This document shows positions 56,964-57,170 of a stretch of 57,170 bases of DNA, in pieces. Under the pieces are notes generated by a model. The model searched no databases. It was given only the letters and a program-made list of their open reading frames with translations, and was not told where the DNA came from. Location: the NCBI GenBank assembly GCA_040376255.1, contig JBEIQZ010000001.1:1-57170 (forward strand), given 5' to 3'. Position 1 is the first letter of the stretch. Each line of letters opens with the position of its first letter. Origin of the DNA: Alphaproteobacteria bacterium. Lineage in GTDB: Bacteria > Myxococcota_A > UBA796 > SXON01. Both the position numbers and the translations under genes were made by a program.

Positions 56964-57000
56964 CTCCCCCTCTGCCGGGCCGCTCAACCCGTCGCGCAGA

Positions 57001-57170
57001 CTAGAACGGGATGTCGTCGTCGCCGCCGCCGAAGTTGCCGTCATCTGCCGGTGCGGGGCGCGCGGCCCCGCCGCCGCCGGGTGCGCCGCCACGGCTGTAG
57101 CCGCCGCCCGAAGCGCCGCCGAATGCGCCGCCACGGCTGTAGCCGCCGCCCGAAGCGCCGCCGGATGCGC
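57001..57170 (-). CDS. ssb: Single-stranded DNA-binding protein, C-terminal tail only (5' part outside the window)
   Basis: Hand translation ends ...GGASGGGYSRGGAFGGASGGGYSRGGAPGGGGAARPAPADDGNFGGGDDDIPF followed by a stop. DDDIPF is the canonical SSB acidic tip. Confidence 0.85.
   Translation of the reverse strand, partial: ASGGASGGGYSRGGAFGGASGGGYSRGGAPGGGGAARPAPADDGNFGGGDDDIPF

Noticed and set aside
54870-57000. CIRCE (TTAGCACTC-N9-GAGTGCTAA) or an hrcA gene controlling the grpE-dnaK-dnaJ genes
   Set aside because: I scanned the hemW-grpE-dnaK junctions by eye and found no match to either half-site. No HrcA-like ORF is present.

Overview
Very GC-rich bacterial chromosomal segment centred on the replication origin. 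All family calls below come from reading motifs in the translations; no HMM or BLAST search was possible. Left arm (minus strand): dnaA, an oriC-like DnaA-box field, dnaN, recF and gyrB. These are followed by two tandem ArsA/Get3-like ATPases, a small secreted beta-barrel-like protein, and an RRM RNA-binding protein with a very long low-complexity tail that runs off the window. Right arm (plus strand): rpmH (absent from the ORF track), rnpA, yidD, yidC, jag, mnmE, gshB, a Tat-signal TPR protein and an SCO1/SenC copper chaperone. The 18.7-46.4 kb stretch is accessory-looking. It holds a 1143-aa DUF4132-like protein and a second phased DnaA-box cluster. It also holds a DUF692/MNIO enzyme operon with two paralogous ~320-aa Cys-motif proteins, which I rank as the best candidate for an undescribed system. 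The MNIO gene carries an in-frame palindromic repeat element. Further genes: FAD monooxygenase, M15 peptidase, PQQ sugar dehydrogenase, a coiled-coil protein plus rhomboid, and an acyltransferase. A DUF1704 (MATCAP-like) metallopeptidase is coupled to a frameshifted DUF455/ATP-grasp fusion. A Ser/Thr kinase is coupled to a pentaheme cytochrome, and a B12-radical-SAM gene is coupled to a heme-oxygenase-like enzyme. The stretch ends with a hydrolase, an RlmM-like methyltransferase, a GAF protein and a GT-C glycosyltransferase. The right end is a long minus-strand chain, ssb (partial), hemW, grpE, dnaK, dnaJ, an LpoA-like protein, thiL and two CNNM/CorC genes, mostly joined by overlapping stop/start codons. 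I saw no rRNA, tRNA, CRISPR array, transposase or integrase. Many long ORFs in the track are antisense shadows typical of high-GC DNA.
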